Positions 10,604 to 21,035 of a stretch of 64,000 nucleotides of DNA are shown here, one piece after another. Within the stretch, counting starts at the first letter, position 1, and the number at the start of each line of letters is the position of its first letter. The notes beneath the pieces were generated by a model. It had not been told where the DNA came from. It ran no database searches and saw only the letters and a program-made list of their open reading frames with translations. This DNA is from an uncultured Chloroflexia bacterium (GTDB taxonomy: Bacteria; Chloroflexota; Limnocylindria; Limnocylindrales; CSP1-4). The position numbers and the translations under genes are program-made. Location: contig CAWFXA010000002.1 in assembly GCA_963819655.1 (NCBI GenBank), positions 768,001 to 832,000 of the forward strand, given 5' to 3'.

Positions 10604-11442
10604 GAGGTCATGTTCCAGAACGCCGGGCCGACCGGCTCCGGGAAGTCACCGAGCGCGGTGAACGTGCCGTCCTCCGCCATCGCGATGGGAAGCTGCGGCA
10701 GTGCCCTTCCGGCCGGCCCGAACACCGGGACAGCTCCCTGCAGGACATCGAAGGTCGACTGGTGACACGGACAGATGAGCATGTGGTCCGGCGCCCGGTA
10801 CAGGCCGACCGGGCAACCGGCGTGCGTGCACACCTTCGAGTAGGCGACATACCCGTCGGGGGCGTTCGCGAGGCCGTCCGGGCTGAGCCGAAGAGCCTCC
10901 GGCTCCACGCGGATCAGAAGGGTCTGCGCCTGCGCGGACCCAGCGTCCCCCTCAGGAAAGACGGTCGCCACACTGCCGATCTCGAGATCGGCCGCGCGGA
11001 CCGGAAAGCCGTCGATGTCGACGAGGCGGCGGCCGGGTGCCCAGCTGGTCACAAAGAGCTCGCGACCAGGAGCCGGGCCGAGCGACAGGGCCGGGATCGC
11101 CAGCGCTGCCGCCAACCCACCAAGCGCCCCTAGCAGCATGCGGACGAGCAAGGTCCGGCGGGTGAAGCCGGCCTCCTCGTCGAGGATCTCGCTGACCGCA
11201 GGGCCGGGTGTCTGCGAGCCGAGCGGATGACGCTCCTCGACTGAGATCGGCGTCTGCATGAGTTCCTGGGCCCACACGACGATGCCGAAGCCAAGTGCGC
11301 CGAGACAGATGGCCAGCAGGACGCCTTCGACCTGCGTCTGGCCACCGAGGCCATAGACCGCGAGAAGGGCGAGTCCCGTCAGCATCGTCACGGCGAACGC
11401 CGCCGCGACCACGCGCTCCATCCATCGCTCGCGTTGCGTCAT
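10600..11442 (-). CDS. qcrA: Rieske Fe-S subunit with extra N-terminal TM helices
   Basis: CTHAGC and CPCHQS Rieske motifs; Tat-like TRRTLL after two TMs; ATGA overlap with qcrC stop. Confidence 0.95.
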   Translation of the reverse strand: MTQRERWMERVVAAAFAVTMLTGLALLAVYGLGGQTQVEGVLLAICLGALGFGIVVWAQELMQTPISVEERHPLGSQTPGPAVSEILDEEAGFTRRTLLVRMLLGALGGLAAALAIPALSLGPAPGRELFVTSWAPGRRLVDIDGFPVRAADLEIGSVATVFPEGDAGSAQAQTLLIRVEPEALRLSPDGLANAPDGYVAYSKVCTHAGCPVGLYRAPDHMLICPCHQSTFDVLQGAVPVFGPAGRALPQLPIAMAEDGTFTALGDFPEPVGPAFWNMTS

Positions 11443-12209
11443 CGGCCGCCCAGCCGCTCGATCCGGCGAACGGCCAGGAGCAGAAGACCCATGCCGACGA
11501 TCCATGCAACGTAGCCCTCGACGACCGGCCCGGCGCCGCCGACCGTCAGCCCACCGGGTGCGGCGTCCTCCTCGAGGTAGATCAGGTACGCCGCGATCGC
11601 ACCAAGGTCTGCGTCGCTGATCTGGCCGGACCCGAACACCGGCATGGCCCCCGGGCCGGTCCTGATCGCCTCACCGACCGTGACTGGATCGACGCCCAGC
11701 AACGGCGGGGCCACGAACCCGCCGCCGACCGCATCCCCGCCAGCTCCGGGGCCGTGGCACGCAGCGCAGCTGTCGATGAAGAGCTGGCGGCCCTTGGACA
11801 GATCGGCCCCGGCGACCTGGACTGCCGGGATCGGCGGGCCATCGCCCAGGGAGGCGACGTAGTCGACGAGCGCCCTGATCTGTTTGTCCGAGAACAACGG
11901 ATCGCGACGGACCATCGGGGCATCGGGCGCCGGCAGGGGCATGCGACCCGTCCGCAGCATGAAGTCCGCAGACGCGGCGCCGGCGCCGACAAGCGACGGC
12001 CCATCCGCCGAGCCGACGCCGCCGGGGCCATGGCACGCTGCGCAGCTCTCCAGGTAGAGCGAGAGCCCCTCGCCACCGGAGACCTGAGCCGCCGGAGGGC
12101 CAGCCGCGGAGGCAGGACGAACCGGGGTGACCGCTCCGATCAGGAGGCACCCCAACACGATCGCGATGAACGCGACCAAGCCCCCTACGGCGCGACGATC
12201 GTCTTGCAC
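11439..12209 (-). CDS. qcrC: Di-heme cytochrome cc
   Basis: Two CAACH motifs, TGRMP, GPGAMPVF, GAGPVVEG plus C-terminal TM; GGAGG RBS before GTG 12209. Confidence 0.93.
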   Translation of the reverse strand: MQDDRRAVGGLVAFIAIVLGCLLIGAVTPVRPASAAGPPAAQVSGGEGLSLYLESCAACHGPGGVGSADGPSLVGAGAASADFMLRTGRMPLPAPDAPMVRRDPLFSDKQIRALVDYVASLGDGPPIPAVQVAGADLSKGRQLFIDSCAACHGPGAGGDAVGGGFVAPPLLGVDPVTVGEAIRTGPGAMPVFGSGQISDADLGAIAAYLIYLEEDAAPGGLTVGGAGPVVEGYVAWIVGMGLLLLAVRRIERLGGR

Positions 12210-12481
12210 CTCCAGGCTCCTCCGCGGGATCCAGGGCCTCTCAGCAGCGACGCTCGTGTCTCCGGCCATTCTACGGACCGGATACCAGCCACGGACCGCG
12301 AGTCCTGGGATGCGGCATCCGAACCGGAGGCGCGGGCGTCCAGACGGCCGTGACATCCATCACGGCGGACGTGTGGTTGACGTCACCCGCCCTTCAGGAC
12401 CGTCGTGACTTCTGCGTTTTCGCCGCGCTCCATACCGTCGAGGTCGACAGCAACGACCCTGAGCGCAGGAGGAACGCAGCG

Positions 12482-12832
12482 ATGATCGTGAGAACCGCAA
12501 CGTCGACGTTGATGGTCCTGGCGCTCGTCGCCAGCCTGGTGTCCGCATGCGGGACCGGCTCCGCAGGCCTCGGCTCGGCGAACGCAGGCTCGACGTGCGA
12601 CGAGGCGTTCGCCCAGGCGATGGCGATCGATCCGGGGTCCGACACCGTCCAGCAGGTCGATGGCACATTCGCTGGATGCGCCTCCCTCGAATCCTGGGTC
12701 GCTGCCGCGCAGAGATTCCCGGATGCGTTCGGCGGGCAGGACCCGGCGACGATCGCTGCGGAGCGATGTGCGGCATCGCCCGAACTTGCCAATACCCCGG
12801 TGTGCGTGGAGGTCAGCGCCTCTTCATCGTGA
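12482..12832 (+). CDS. Small Cys-containing lipoprotein
   Basis: AGGAGG RBS; signal peptide with LVSAC lipobox; four further Cys. Confidence 0.7.
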   Translation: MIVRTATSTLMVLALVASLVSACGTGSAGLGSANAGSTCDEAFAQAMAIDPGSDTVQQVDGTFAGCASLESWVAAAQRFPDAFGGQDPATIAAERCAASPELANTPVCVEVSASSS

Positions 12833-12869
12833 GCGCCTCGTGAGCGCTTCCTGAGCTGCCCCCAGGAGT

Positions 12870-13259
12870 TCAGCCGGTCGCGAGCAGCCGCCAGGCCAGG
12901 CCAAACAGGACGATCCCGCCGCCGGCCGTCCAGACGTCCCGTCGCAGACGAGAGCCACCTCCCCCGGCCGGGCGTGCTCCGAGCCAGATCGCGACCGGCA
13001 GGCATGCCAGGGCGGCCGGTCCGTAGACGAGATGGAGCGGATCCACGGGGCGCGATCCATTGATCAGCAGCGCGATCCCGACCAGTCCGGCGGCCGCGAC
13101 GAGAACGAGGACGGCCAGCACAACCCGGTCGGCTGCGAAGCGGTGGTCCGAGCGGCCGCCCGAGCGCCTTCCGGCGATCGCCGACCAGATCGCCACGCCC
13201 ACGATCGCCGCTGACCCGGACATGGACGCCCACCCAAGGAGCTCGTGCACGCCCGTCAC
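12870..13259 (-). CDS. Small 4-TM membrane protein
   Basis: Hydrophobic segments, PLHLVYG and terminal LLATG; TACCGT -10-like hexamer 7 nt before GTG. Confidence 0.7.
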   Translation of the reverse strand: MTGVHELLGWASMSGSAAIVGVAIWSAIAGRRSGGRSDHRFAADRVVLAVLVLVAAAGLVGIALLINGSRPVDPLHLVYGPAALACLPVAIWLGARPAGGGGSRLRRDVWTAGGGIVLFGLAWRLLATG

Positions 13260-13407
13260 CCGACGCACGGTAGCGCACCCATGACGTGCGTCACGGCCAT
13301 TCGGGGATGGACCTCACGCCTGGATCAGGACGAGCGCGACTTATCGGGCGCACGTGCCCCGGGGATAGTGCTTTCAGAACATCCCACAGCCACGAAGGAA
13401 TCTCGCC

Positions 13408-14235
13408 ATGACTCATGCAGCTCTTCCGAAGCAGCCTGGTCCATCGATCCTGTCCGGGACTCGAGCGGGCATCGTCGGCACGCTCGTCCTCGCGACGGCC
13501 GTCGTTGTCGCCGCATGCGGCGGCGGCACGACGCCCTCAACGTCGGCAGCGCCATCGCCGGCGGCGTCGCCCGCCATCGCCGGTGCGCTGCAGAACGACT
13601 TCGTCGGCGTCGTCAACAGCGTGAGCCCGTCGGTGGTCGTCATCGAGACCAAGGCCGGCCTCGGCTCCGGCGTCGTGTTCGACGCGAAGGGCGACATCCT
13701 CACCAATAACCATGTCGTGACGGGCAGCAAGACGTTCACCGTGACCCTCGCCGATGGTCGCAAGCTCGACGGAACCCTGGTCGGCACGTATCCGGCCGGT
13801 GACCTCGCCGTCATCCACGTGTCAGCCACGGATCTGCAGCCCGCGACGTTCGGCGACTCGTCGGAGCTCGTCGTCGGCGACATCGTCCTCGCCGTCGGCA
13901 ACCCGCTCGGACTGCAGACAAGCGTGACCGAGGGGATCGTCAGCGCGATCGGGCGCGATGTGTCCGAGTCCAGCTCCGTGACGCTGTCCGGGGTCATCCA
14001 GACGAGTGCCGACATCAACCCGGGCAACAGCGGCGGCGCGCTCGTCGACCTGTCCGGCAACGTCGTCGGGATCCCCACCCTGGCCGCACTCGACCCGGAG
14101 TTCAACGACACGCCGGCGTCCGGGATCGGCTTCGCCATCCCGAGCAACGCCGCGGTCGATGTCGCGGGGCAGCTGATCGCGAACGGTCGCGTCACGACCC
14201 CGCCATCGTCGAGCGCAGCGCCGTCGGCATCCTGA
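13408..14235 (+). CDS. S1C (HtrA-like) serine protease lipoprotein, no PDZ
   Basis: VVAAC lipobox; TNNHVV, DLAV, INPGNSGG catalytic triad. Confidence 0.9.
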   Translation: MTHAALPKQPGPSILSGTRAGIVGTLVLATAVVVAACGGGTTPSTSAAPSPAASPAIAGALQNDFVGVVNSVSPSVVVIETKAGLGSGVVFDAKGDILTNNHVVTGSKTFTVTLADGRKLDGTLVGTYPAGDLAVIHVSATDLQPATFGDSSELVVGDIVLAVGNPLGLQTSVTEGIVSAIGRDVSESSSVTLSGVIQTSADINPGNSGGALVDLSGNVVGIPTLAALDPEFNDTPASGIGFAIPSNAAVDVAGQLIANGRVTTPPSSSAAPSAS

Positions 14236-14252
14236 CAGGAGGAACGGATCTG

Positions 14253-15236
14253 ATGCAGTACACAGGACTCGGCGCGCGCGGACCGCGCGTCTCGCGGATC
14301 GCATTCGGCAACTGGTCGGCGGGCGGCGACTGGGGCCACGTCGACCGTGACGCGGCCATCGCTGCGGCCCGCGAGGCGCTCGACCTCGGGATCACCCTCT
14401 TCGACACTGCCCATGCCTACGGGTTCGGTGCCGCCGAAAGCGTCCTCGGCGAGGCTCTCAAGCCCGAGATCCAGGCGGCCCGCGACTCGATCGTCATCGC
14501 CACGAAGGGCGGGCTCCGCAACGACGACGGCCTGACGGTCCGGGACGCCAGCCCGGCCGCTCTCCGTCGTGACCTTGAAGCGAGCCTCGCGTCGCTCGGC
14601 ACCGACTACGTGGACATCTACCAGGTCCACTGGCCGGATCCGGCAACGCCGCTCACCACGACAGCCGAGACGCTCGACAGGTTCGTCCGTGAAGGCCTCG
14701 TCCGCTCCGTCGGCGTGTCGAACTACGACACGCAGCAGATGGCCACATTCCAGAGCGTTCGACCCATCGACACCTTGCAGCCGCCGTACCACATGTTCCG
14801 CCGCGACATCGAGGGGACCATCCTCCCGTTCGCCCAGGAACACGGCATCGGCGTCCTGACCTATGGGCCGCTCGGCCACGGACTGCTCAGCGGCAGCATG
14901 ACCGAAGACACGACGTTCGCAGCCGACGACTGGCGCTCGAAGAGCGACCTGTTCGTCGGCGAGGGGTTCCGGCGGAATCTCGCGATCGTCCGCGACCTCG
15001 CCCGATTCGCGGCGAGCCGCGATGCAACGGTCGCGCAGCTCGCGATCGCCTGGACGCTGGCAAACCCGGCTGTCGATGTCGCGATCGTCGGGGCCCGCAA
15101 CGCCGAGCAGATCCGTCAGACCACCCCGGCCGCCGACGTCCGGCTCTCGACCGAGGACATGGCGCAGATCGATCGGATGCTACGCGGCGAGGTCGCGGTC
15201 GGCGGACCGGCACCCGAAGCGATGCCAAGGAGCTAG
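14253..15236 (+). CDS. Aldo/keto reductase
   Basis: FDTAHAYG, IATKGG, DIYQVHWPD, GVSNY, QPPY, GPLGHGLLSG. Confidence 0.95.
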   Translation: MQYTGLGARGPRVSRIAFGNWSAGGDWGHVDRDAAIAAAREALDLGITLFDTAHAYGFGAAESVLGEALKPEIQAARDSIVIATKGGLRNDDGLTVRDASPAALRRDLEASLASLGTDYVDIYQVHWPDPATPLTTTAETLDRFVREGLVRSVGVSNYDTQQMATFQSVRPIDTLQPPYHMFRRDIEGTILPFAQEHGIGVLTYGPLGHGLLSGSMTEDTTFAADDWRSKSDLFVGEGFRRNLAIVRDLARFAASRDATVAQLAIAWTLANPAVDVAIVGARNAEQIRQTTPAADVRLSTEDMAQIDRMLRGEVAVGGPAPEAMPRS

Positions 15237-15240
15237 TTCG

Positions 15241-16143
15241 ATGACTGACAAGACCCCGTCCCCACCCAGGATCGCGATCCTGGGCACGGGCAAGATGGGT
15301 TCCACGCTCGCCGCGCGCCTGGTCGAGGTCGGCCACGACGTCGTGCTGTGGAACCGGACCCGGTCGAAGGCCGAGGCGCTCGGTCTCGGCACGGTCGCCG
15401 ATACGCCCGCGGCGGCCGTGCGGGACGCCGAGATCGTCGTCAGCAGCCTGACCGGCCCCGAAGCCGTGTTGGCTACCTACCTCGGGCAGGCCGGTGCGTT
15501 GACCGCCGGCACAGGCAAGCTCTTCGTGGAGATGAGCACAGCCGGACCGGACCGGGAGTCGGCCCTCGCGGCGCATGTCAGTGCGGCGGGCGGCAAGCTG
15601 GTCGACGCGCCCATCGTGGGAGCGCCACCGTTCGTCCGAGCCGGCGAGGCAGCGATCCTCATCGGCGGGGCCGATGCCGATGTCGCTGTTGCCACGCAGA
15701 TCCTTGGCGCGTTCGGGACCGTCCGCCACGTCGGACCGCTCGGCAGCGGGGCGCGGCTCAAGCTCGTCGCCAACAGCATGCTCGCGGACGTCATCCTGGC
15801 GGCCGCAGAGCTCCAGGTGGCCGGCGAAAGCACAGGCCTCACCCCGGACGACGTGTTCTGGGTGCTGGAGCGGGTCGCGCCTTCCCTCGAAGCACGACGA
15901 GCCGGCCTGATCGACGATCGCCACACGCCCGCCCTGTTCGCCTTGCGCGACCTGCGGAAGGATGTCGACCTGGCCATCGCGCTCTTCGGCAAGTCGGCAG
16001 CCCGGACGCCGCTCACCGACGTCGCCAGCGGACTCGTCAGGGCGGCTGCCGAGAGGACCCCCGACTTCGACATCAGTGCCGTCGAGCGGCCGTACCGCCA
16101 CCCCGGCCGGTCATCCACCATCGCCCCCGGCACTGCGACCTGA
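15241..16143 (+). CDS. NAD(P)-dependent beta-hydroxyacid dehydrogenase family oxidoreductase
   Basis: LGTGKMG, WNRT, EMSTAGP, DAPIVG, GSGARLKLVAN, KDVDL; AAGGAG RBS. Confidence 0.9.
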   Translation: MTDKTPSPPRIAILGTGKMGSTLAARLVEVGHDVVLWNRTRSKAEALGLGTVADTPAAAVRDAEIVVSSLTGPEAVLATYLGQAGALTAGTGKLFVEMSTAGPDRESALAAHVSAAGGKLVDAPIVGAPPFVRAGEAAILIGGADADVAVATQILGAFGTVRHVGPLGSGARLKLVANSMLADVILAAAELQVAGESTGLTPDDVFWVLERVAPSLEARRAGLIDDRHTPALFALRDLRKDVDLAIALFGKSAARTPLTDVASGLVRAAAERTPDFDISAVERPYRHPGRSSTIAPGTAT

Positions 16144-16185
16144 TGACCGCAACGGGACGCTGACGAAGCGGAGACATGTCCGTCA

Positions 16186-16635
16186 TCAGGAGCGGGCCGT
16201 CCCCTTCTCCAGGACCTCTATCTTGTCGAGCAGCGCGTTGATGGCTTCGTCCTGCGCCTTGAGATGGGCCTGGATCTGGCCGGTCTCGTGGAACGTTGCC
16301 GAGGCGTCCTGGTAAGTCATCGCGGCTCGCTTGTCGGAGGCGCGCCCGAGGATGTTCTGGCCGACCATGATGACCGACAGCATCACGAGCTGGATGAACG
16401 TCTGGCTCAGCCATTGGACAAACGCCAGGAGACCGCCGCCGATCGCCTGCGGCAGGACGACGAGGGCGAGGCCAGCGAAGGCATAGGCGCACCACATCGT
16501 GCCGACCACGGTGGTGAGGACCAACGCGATCCTGCCATTGACACCGAGGTGCTCGTCCCTCCTCGTGGGTGGCCCGACCTTCTTGCGCTCCGCGATCCGA
16601 GGGTGCGGCTGTGGTTCAAAACTAACGCCTGGCAT
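16186..16635 (-). CDS. DUF1003-like membrane protein
   Basis: VGTMW, WLSQTFIQLVMLSVIMVGQN, then a coiled-coil tail. Confidence 0.75.
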   Translation of the reverse strand: MPGVSFEPQPHPRIAERKKVGPPTRRDEHLGVNGRIALVLTTVVGTMWCAYAFAGLALVVLPQAIGGGLLAFVQWLSQTFIQLVMLSVIMVGQNILGRASDKRAAMTYQDASATFHETGQIQAHLKAQDEAINALLDKIEVLEKGTARS

Positions 16636-16716
16636 GCTGGCCTCCGAGCTGCAAGTCCGATCGACCTCGACGCCATCATCGCCGAGGCCGGTTGCAGGCG
16701 AGCCCAGAAATGCCCG

Positions 16717-17391
16717 TCAGGCGGCGTTCCGTGCCCGCTCGAGAGCGTCGAGCAGCAGGTCCAGACCGAATTCGAACTCCTGCGCGTAGTCGAAGCCGGA
16801 CTTCAGGACGTGATCCGCGATCGCCTCGTGGAGATACGGATAGTCCGCCGCGGGGACCGCCGTGAGGATGGTCTCCGCTATGCCCGCGAGCTCTTTCGGG
16901 GAACCGGACGGCAGGTTCTGCTCCTGGACCGCGAACCCGTAGATGTAGCTGTCGACTGCGAAGAAAGCATGGAGCGCCATCTCGACCGAGAAACCTCCCT
17001 GCCGAAGGTTCCCGACCACGGCCTCCGGGTAGCCCAGTCTCGCCGGACTGGAGTTGGTGCGCGACTCCATCAGACCGCCTGCCCACGGGTGGCGCGCCAG
17101 CATCTGGCGGGCCGAGATCGCCCGCCGACGCATGGCCGCCTTCCAATCGTCCCCGCGAGCAGGCACCTCGATCTCGCCGATGACGATGTCGGCGAGGCCG
17201 TCGAAGAGGTCCTCCTTGCTGGCGACGTGGTTGTACAGCGACATCGCCTCGACCCCGAGCTCGCGGCCGAGTTTGCGCATGCTCAGCGACTCGATCCCGC
17301 CCTGGTCGGCGAGGTCCGCCGCGGTACGCAAGATCCGGTCTCGGGTCAGCGGGATCGGTGGTCCGGTCTTCCTCGTTCCCTTGGTGGACAT
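16717..17391 (-). CDS. TetR/AcrR regulator with TetR_C domain
   Basis: LSMRKLGRELGVEAMSLYNHVASK HTH; ARHPWA, YIYGFAVQE, EFEFGLDLLLD. Confidence 0.95.
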   Translation of the reverse strand: MSTKGTRKTGPPIPLTRDRILRTAADLADQGGIESLSMRKLGRELGVEAMSLYNHVASKEDLFDGLADIVIGEIEVPARGDDWKAAMRRRAISARQMLARHPWAGGLMESRTNSSPARLGYPEAVVGNLRQGGFSVEMALHAFFAVDSYIYGFAVQEQNLPSGSPKELAGIAETILTAVPAADYPYLHEAIADHVLKSGFDYAQEFEFGLDLLLDALERARNAA

Positions 17392-17416
17392 CTCGTCTCC
17401 TGCCGCCGGCACTTCT

Positions 17417-17493
17417 GACTCACAGTGTAAGTCCAGCCTTGACAGACTTACGGTGTACGTCCAGTATACGCCATGGACTTACGCCGTAAGTCC
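17417..17493. promoter_or_regulatory. Three GACTTAC-N3-GTAAGTC-type palindromic operators overlapping a TTGACA promoter
   Basis: GACTCAC-AGT-GTAAGTC (17417-17433), GACTTAC-GGT-GTACGTC (17445-17461), GGACTTAC-GCC-GTAAGTCC (17475-17493); TTGACA at 17439-17444; between divergent tetR and its target. Confidence 0.8.
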
Positions 17494-17548
17494 GGACGGA
17501 CGAAGGGGACCCCACCGTCCGCGGAAACCGCGTTTCGGGAGTCGCACG

Positions 17549-18241
17549 ATGGCTGATGTGATGGATCGCGCCGACCAGGGTGTCCTGCGCTGGGGCGGTC
17601 TGGCTGGCGTCCTGGGTGGCCTGCTCTTCGTACTCGTCTTCGTGATCGTGGGCGTCTTCGTCGGCGCGGACGCCGCCGAACCGGCGGGGGCCATCATGCG
17701 GTCCCCAGACATCAGGTCGGCGCGCACGGTCGAGAATGGGCTCTACCTGATCGTGCTCATTCTGTGGTGCGCCCATGTCGTCGCGCTGGGTCGCGCGCTC
17801 GCCGATTCGCGCCGCGCACCCGCACTGTTCGGGAGTGTCCTGGGGATCGTCGGCCTCACCGTGCTGGCTGCAGGGGCCCTGCCGCACGCCGTCAGCGTCC
17901 CGCTCTCGGACCTCTACCATGCCCCCGGTGCCACGGCCGCCGATCAAGCGACGCTCGAGATGGTCTGGCAGGGGACCCAGGCGATGTTCGATGCGCTGCT
18001 GGTCACGGGGCTCGTCATCCTGCCCGTCAGCGTGCTCGCGTTCGGCGTCGCGATGCTCGAGGCCCCGGGCTTCGGACGGCGTACCGGCTCGGTGAGCCTC
18101 GTTCTCGGCGTCATCGCGGCAGTCGCGGCGATCGTCCTCCTGATCGACCCGCTGTCGTTCATCGCCGTGGTCGGCATCTTCGCCTTGATCGTCTTCCACC
18201 TCGTCGCGGGAAGCCGGGTCTACCGTCTGGCGAGGGCGTGA
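17549..18241 (+). CDS. DUF4386-like membrane protein
   Basis: About 6 TM segments; GGGAG RBS; divergent from tetR. Confidence 0.7.
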   Translation: MADVMDRADQGVLRWGGLAGVLGGLLFVLVFVIVGVFVGADAAEPAGAIMRSPDIRSARTVENGLYLIVLILWCAHVVALGRALADSRRAPALFGSVLGIVGLTVLAAGALPHAVSVPLSDLYHAPGATAADQATLEMVWQGTQAMFDALLVTGLVILPVSVLAFGVAMLEAPGFGRRTGSVSLVLGVIAAVAAIVLLIDPLSFIAVVGIFALIVFHLVAGSRVYRLARA

Positions 18242-18250
18242 CTCCGGCGG

Positions 18251-19396
18251 TCAGGCAGCGACTTCGGCCCGGTTCCGCCCGTTCGCCTTGGCTCGATACA
18301 GCGCCTCGTCGGCCCGCGCGAACCACTCGTCGTCCGACTGGCTCAGATCGGCCGGCGTGACCAGCACGCCGCCGAGGCTGATCGTGACGAGATTGGACGG
18401 CTCGTTCTGGGGATGCGCGATGGCGGCGCCGACGACCGCCTGCCGGATCCGCTCCGCGGCAGTCGCCAGATCGTCGATCGAATTCAGTCGCAGGAGCACG
18501 AGGAACTCCTCGCCACCGAAGCGGTAGACGGCGTCCTCGGCGCGGATCGTGTCCTTGATCACGGTCACGACCGCCTTGAGCACCGAGTCGCCGACGAGGT
18601 GACCGAACCCGTCATTCACGCGCTTGAACTGGTCGAGATCGATGACGACGAGTCCGTAGCTGTGGCGGAGCCGATCCATGCGAGCGCGAGCGGACCGAAG
18701 GTCCTCGCGCAGCCGGATCCGGTTGCCGGCACCGGTCAGCGGGTCCAGGCGCGAGGTCTCCTCGAGCTCGTGATGGACGCGGGCGAGCTCCGCCATGTCC
18801 GCGTCGGCGCGGCGATGAAGCGCCTTGATCCTCTCGAGCTGCATGTGATCGCGGATCTGCGCCCGCTTCAGCAGCACATGGCCCGCAAAGCTCGCGACGA
18901 CCGCGATCACCCCGACGACGATCAGGTCGCTGCGGTCGACGGCGCTCAGGACCGGACTCGGCCCGAACAGCAGGTAGCCGAAGCTGATCACCGCATAGCC
19001 GGCGAGCCAGCGGACGTGTGCCCGGGTGCCCCATGGCACGATCAGGGCGATGAGGCCCGGGATGAGCAGGAGATAGCCGATGGTCTGGATCGCCAGGCCC
19101 GGCAGCACGAAACCGGTCACGGCCGTCGCGAACGTGAGGGCGAGCGTCACCAGCCAGGTGACGGGCTCGGGCCGTCGGCGGAAGCCGCGACCGAGCGACA
19201 GGAACGCCAGGACCGCGAGGATCGCGACGGTGCCGTTGAGGGCGACGAGCAGCGGTCCCTGGCCGGATTGAAGCTCGTACAACGCCATCGCATCGAAGAT
19301 GACAGCGCCCGCGATGATGACGAAACCGACACGACTCGAGCTGACGGTGCGTCGACGCTGGACCGCACGGAAGCGGGGACTCGCCCCGACGGTCAC
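18251..19396 (-). CDS. Membrane-bound diguanylate cyclase (GGDEF); start uncertain (ORF open to 19513)
   Basis: About 6 TM, then DPLTGAGNR, IDLDQFKRVNDGFGHLVGD, YRFGGEEF, ADEALYRAKANGRN. Confidence 0.9.
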   Translation of the reverse strand: MTVGASPRFRAVQRRRTVSSSRVGFVIIAGAVIFDAMALYELQSGQGPLLVALNGTVAILAVLAFLSLGRGFRRRPEPVTWLVTLALTFATAVTGFVLPGLAIQTIGYLLLIPGLIALIVPWGTRAHVRWLAGYAVISFGYLLFGPSPVLSAVDRSDLIVVGVIAVVASFAGHVLLKRAQIRDHMQLERIKALHRRADADMAELARVHHELEETSRLDPLTGAGNRIRLREDLRSARARMDRLRHSYGLVVIDLDQFKRVNDGFGHLVGDSVLKAVVTVIKDTIRAEDAVYRFGGEEFLVLLRLNSIDDLATAAERIRQAVVGAAIAHPQNEPSNLVTISLGGVLVTPADLSQSDDEWFARADEALYRAKANGRNRAEVAA

Positions 19397-19631
19397 ATAC
19401 TCGCTCTGGCGGATTCTCGCCAGCACGGACCCGGCACGAAGGAAGCCCCATAGGCGCGGGGCATCTGCCCGTCGGGCCCCGACTCCGGACGCGAGTTGCG
19501 TTGGCGAGCGCATCGGCCGATCCTGCGCTTCGATCAGCCGGACGTCTCTGGCCTCATAGTCCGTTGTCGGTCATGCGTCCGAACACGGACCGCATGAGCC
19601 TGCCGCTCACCGTTCGCCGACCGCCCGACGC

Positions 19632-20963
19632 TCAGTCCGACGAGGTTCGATCCTCTGTCGGAGGGTCGGAAGGGCCGGCTTCCGGCGTCGTCGACAGCAG
19701 CTGCAGGACGACCTGGAACCCGATGACCAATGCTGCGCCGAGCAGTGCGATCTCGAGGCCGATCGCCAGCCAGACCAGGATGAAGACGATGATCCCGATG
19801 CCGATCCGCTCGGTGGCCTGTCGGTTCGTGCGGACGGTCTTCGCGAGCGTGTCGCGGTCGGGGGCTTTGGCGGTGGCACCCTGCACACCCGCACTCGCCG
19901 CCGTCCCGGCCCGCCCCGCCGCGTCGCCGACATACGAGGTCGTCGCGACGACCCATCTCGGTCGACCCCACAGATACGCGACGATCGCCACGATCGCGGT
20001 CGCGATGACGATGATCAAGGTGAGGCTGCGCAGGTCCTCGAGCGTCGCGCCGACCAGCGCGCGCACGGCCCCGGCGATGTCGCCGTCGGCGATCCCGCCG
20101 ACGATCACGTCCTCCGCGGTGCGAATCGCCAACCGCGCAAGGAGGAAGGCGACGATCGTGCCGATACCGAGGTAGATGAGCATCCGGCGTCGATCGACAG
20201 CCAGCCAGACCGTGAGGGCGACGAGGATCACGCTCAGGGTGACGAGGAGGACCACGACCACGTCGAAGATGCGAACGACCGTTTGGGCGGCGACAAGACG
20301 GTCGGCCGGCATGAGCTGGATCGTCCCGAAGTCGGGCGGAAGCGTCACACCGAGTGCCGTCTCCACGCGCTGCGCCAGCACGTCGGGGGCCTCCGGGGCG
20401 GCGAGGTCGGGCAACTGGGTCTCCGCTGGGATCAGCCCGATGGACTGCAGCTCGGTCAGTGCGACCCCGACGATCGGAAACACGTCGAGCGTCACGTAGC
20501 CGTCGACGACCGCCACGACCTCGGACTCGCCCCGTAACAGTCGGACGATCCGCTCGTGGCTGAACGACAGCGTGTCGACCAGTGCCGTCTGGATCCTGGG
20601 ATCCTGGAGCGCGACCTGGAGGCGTTGTTCGATCCCGCTGCTAACGGCCGCGGTCAAGGGCCCCGCCAGAGGCTTGAGCGCGTCCGGCAGTAGCGCGTCG
20701 AGGCGCGCCTGCACGCCGACCGCGTCGACGACCTGGGTACTGATACGGGCGCTGATCGGATCGGTGACCGCCGGGTCGGTCACGACGCCCTCGATGAGCG
20801 CGCTGAAGCGGTTGGTGTTCAGGGCCACCTGATGGGTCCAGATCGCCACTGTGGTCACGACGATCGTCAGGCAGGCAAGCAGAAATGCGACGCCGGTGAG
20901 CAGCCGCCTCGACCGACCGCGGCTCCGTCGGCTCGTGGTCACGATCACGTCGTCCTGCGCCAT
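19632..20963 (-). CDS. Integral membrane protein of unknown function
   Basis: N-terminal TM, large extracytoplasmic region, then several C-terminal TMs; GAGGGA RBS. Confidence 0.75.
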   Translation of the reverse strand: MAQDDVIVTTSRRSRGRSRRLLTGVAFLLACLTIVVTTVAIWTHQVALNTNRFSALIEGVVTDPAVTDPISARISTQVVDAVGVQARLDALLPDALKPLAGPLTAAVSSGIEQRLQVALQDPRIQTALVDTLSFSHERIVRLLRGESEVVAVVDGYVTLDVFPIVGVALTELQSIGLIPAETQLPDLAAPEAPDVLAQRVETALGVTLPPDFGTIQLMPADRLVAAQTVVRIFDVVVVLLVTLSVILVALTVWLAVDRRRMLIYLGIGTIVAFLLARLAIRTAEDVIVGGIADGDIAGAVRALVGATLEDLRSLTLIIVIATAIVAIVAYLWGRPRWVVATTSYVGDAAGRAGTAASAGVQGATAKAPDRDTLAKTVRTNRQATERIGIGIIVFILVWLAIGLEIALLGAALVIGFQVVLQLLSTTPEAGPSDPPTEDRTSSD

Positions 20964-21035
20964 CAGCTCATCCCTCGCGTCCGCCCCCGGCGACCAACAC
21001 TAGCAGGGCTGTCTCGCCCGGGCTCAGTGGCTGAG

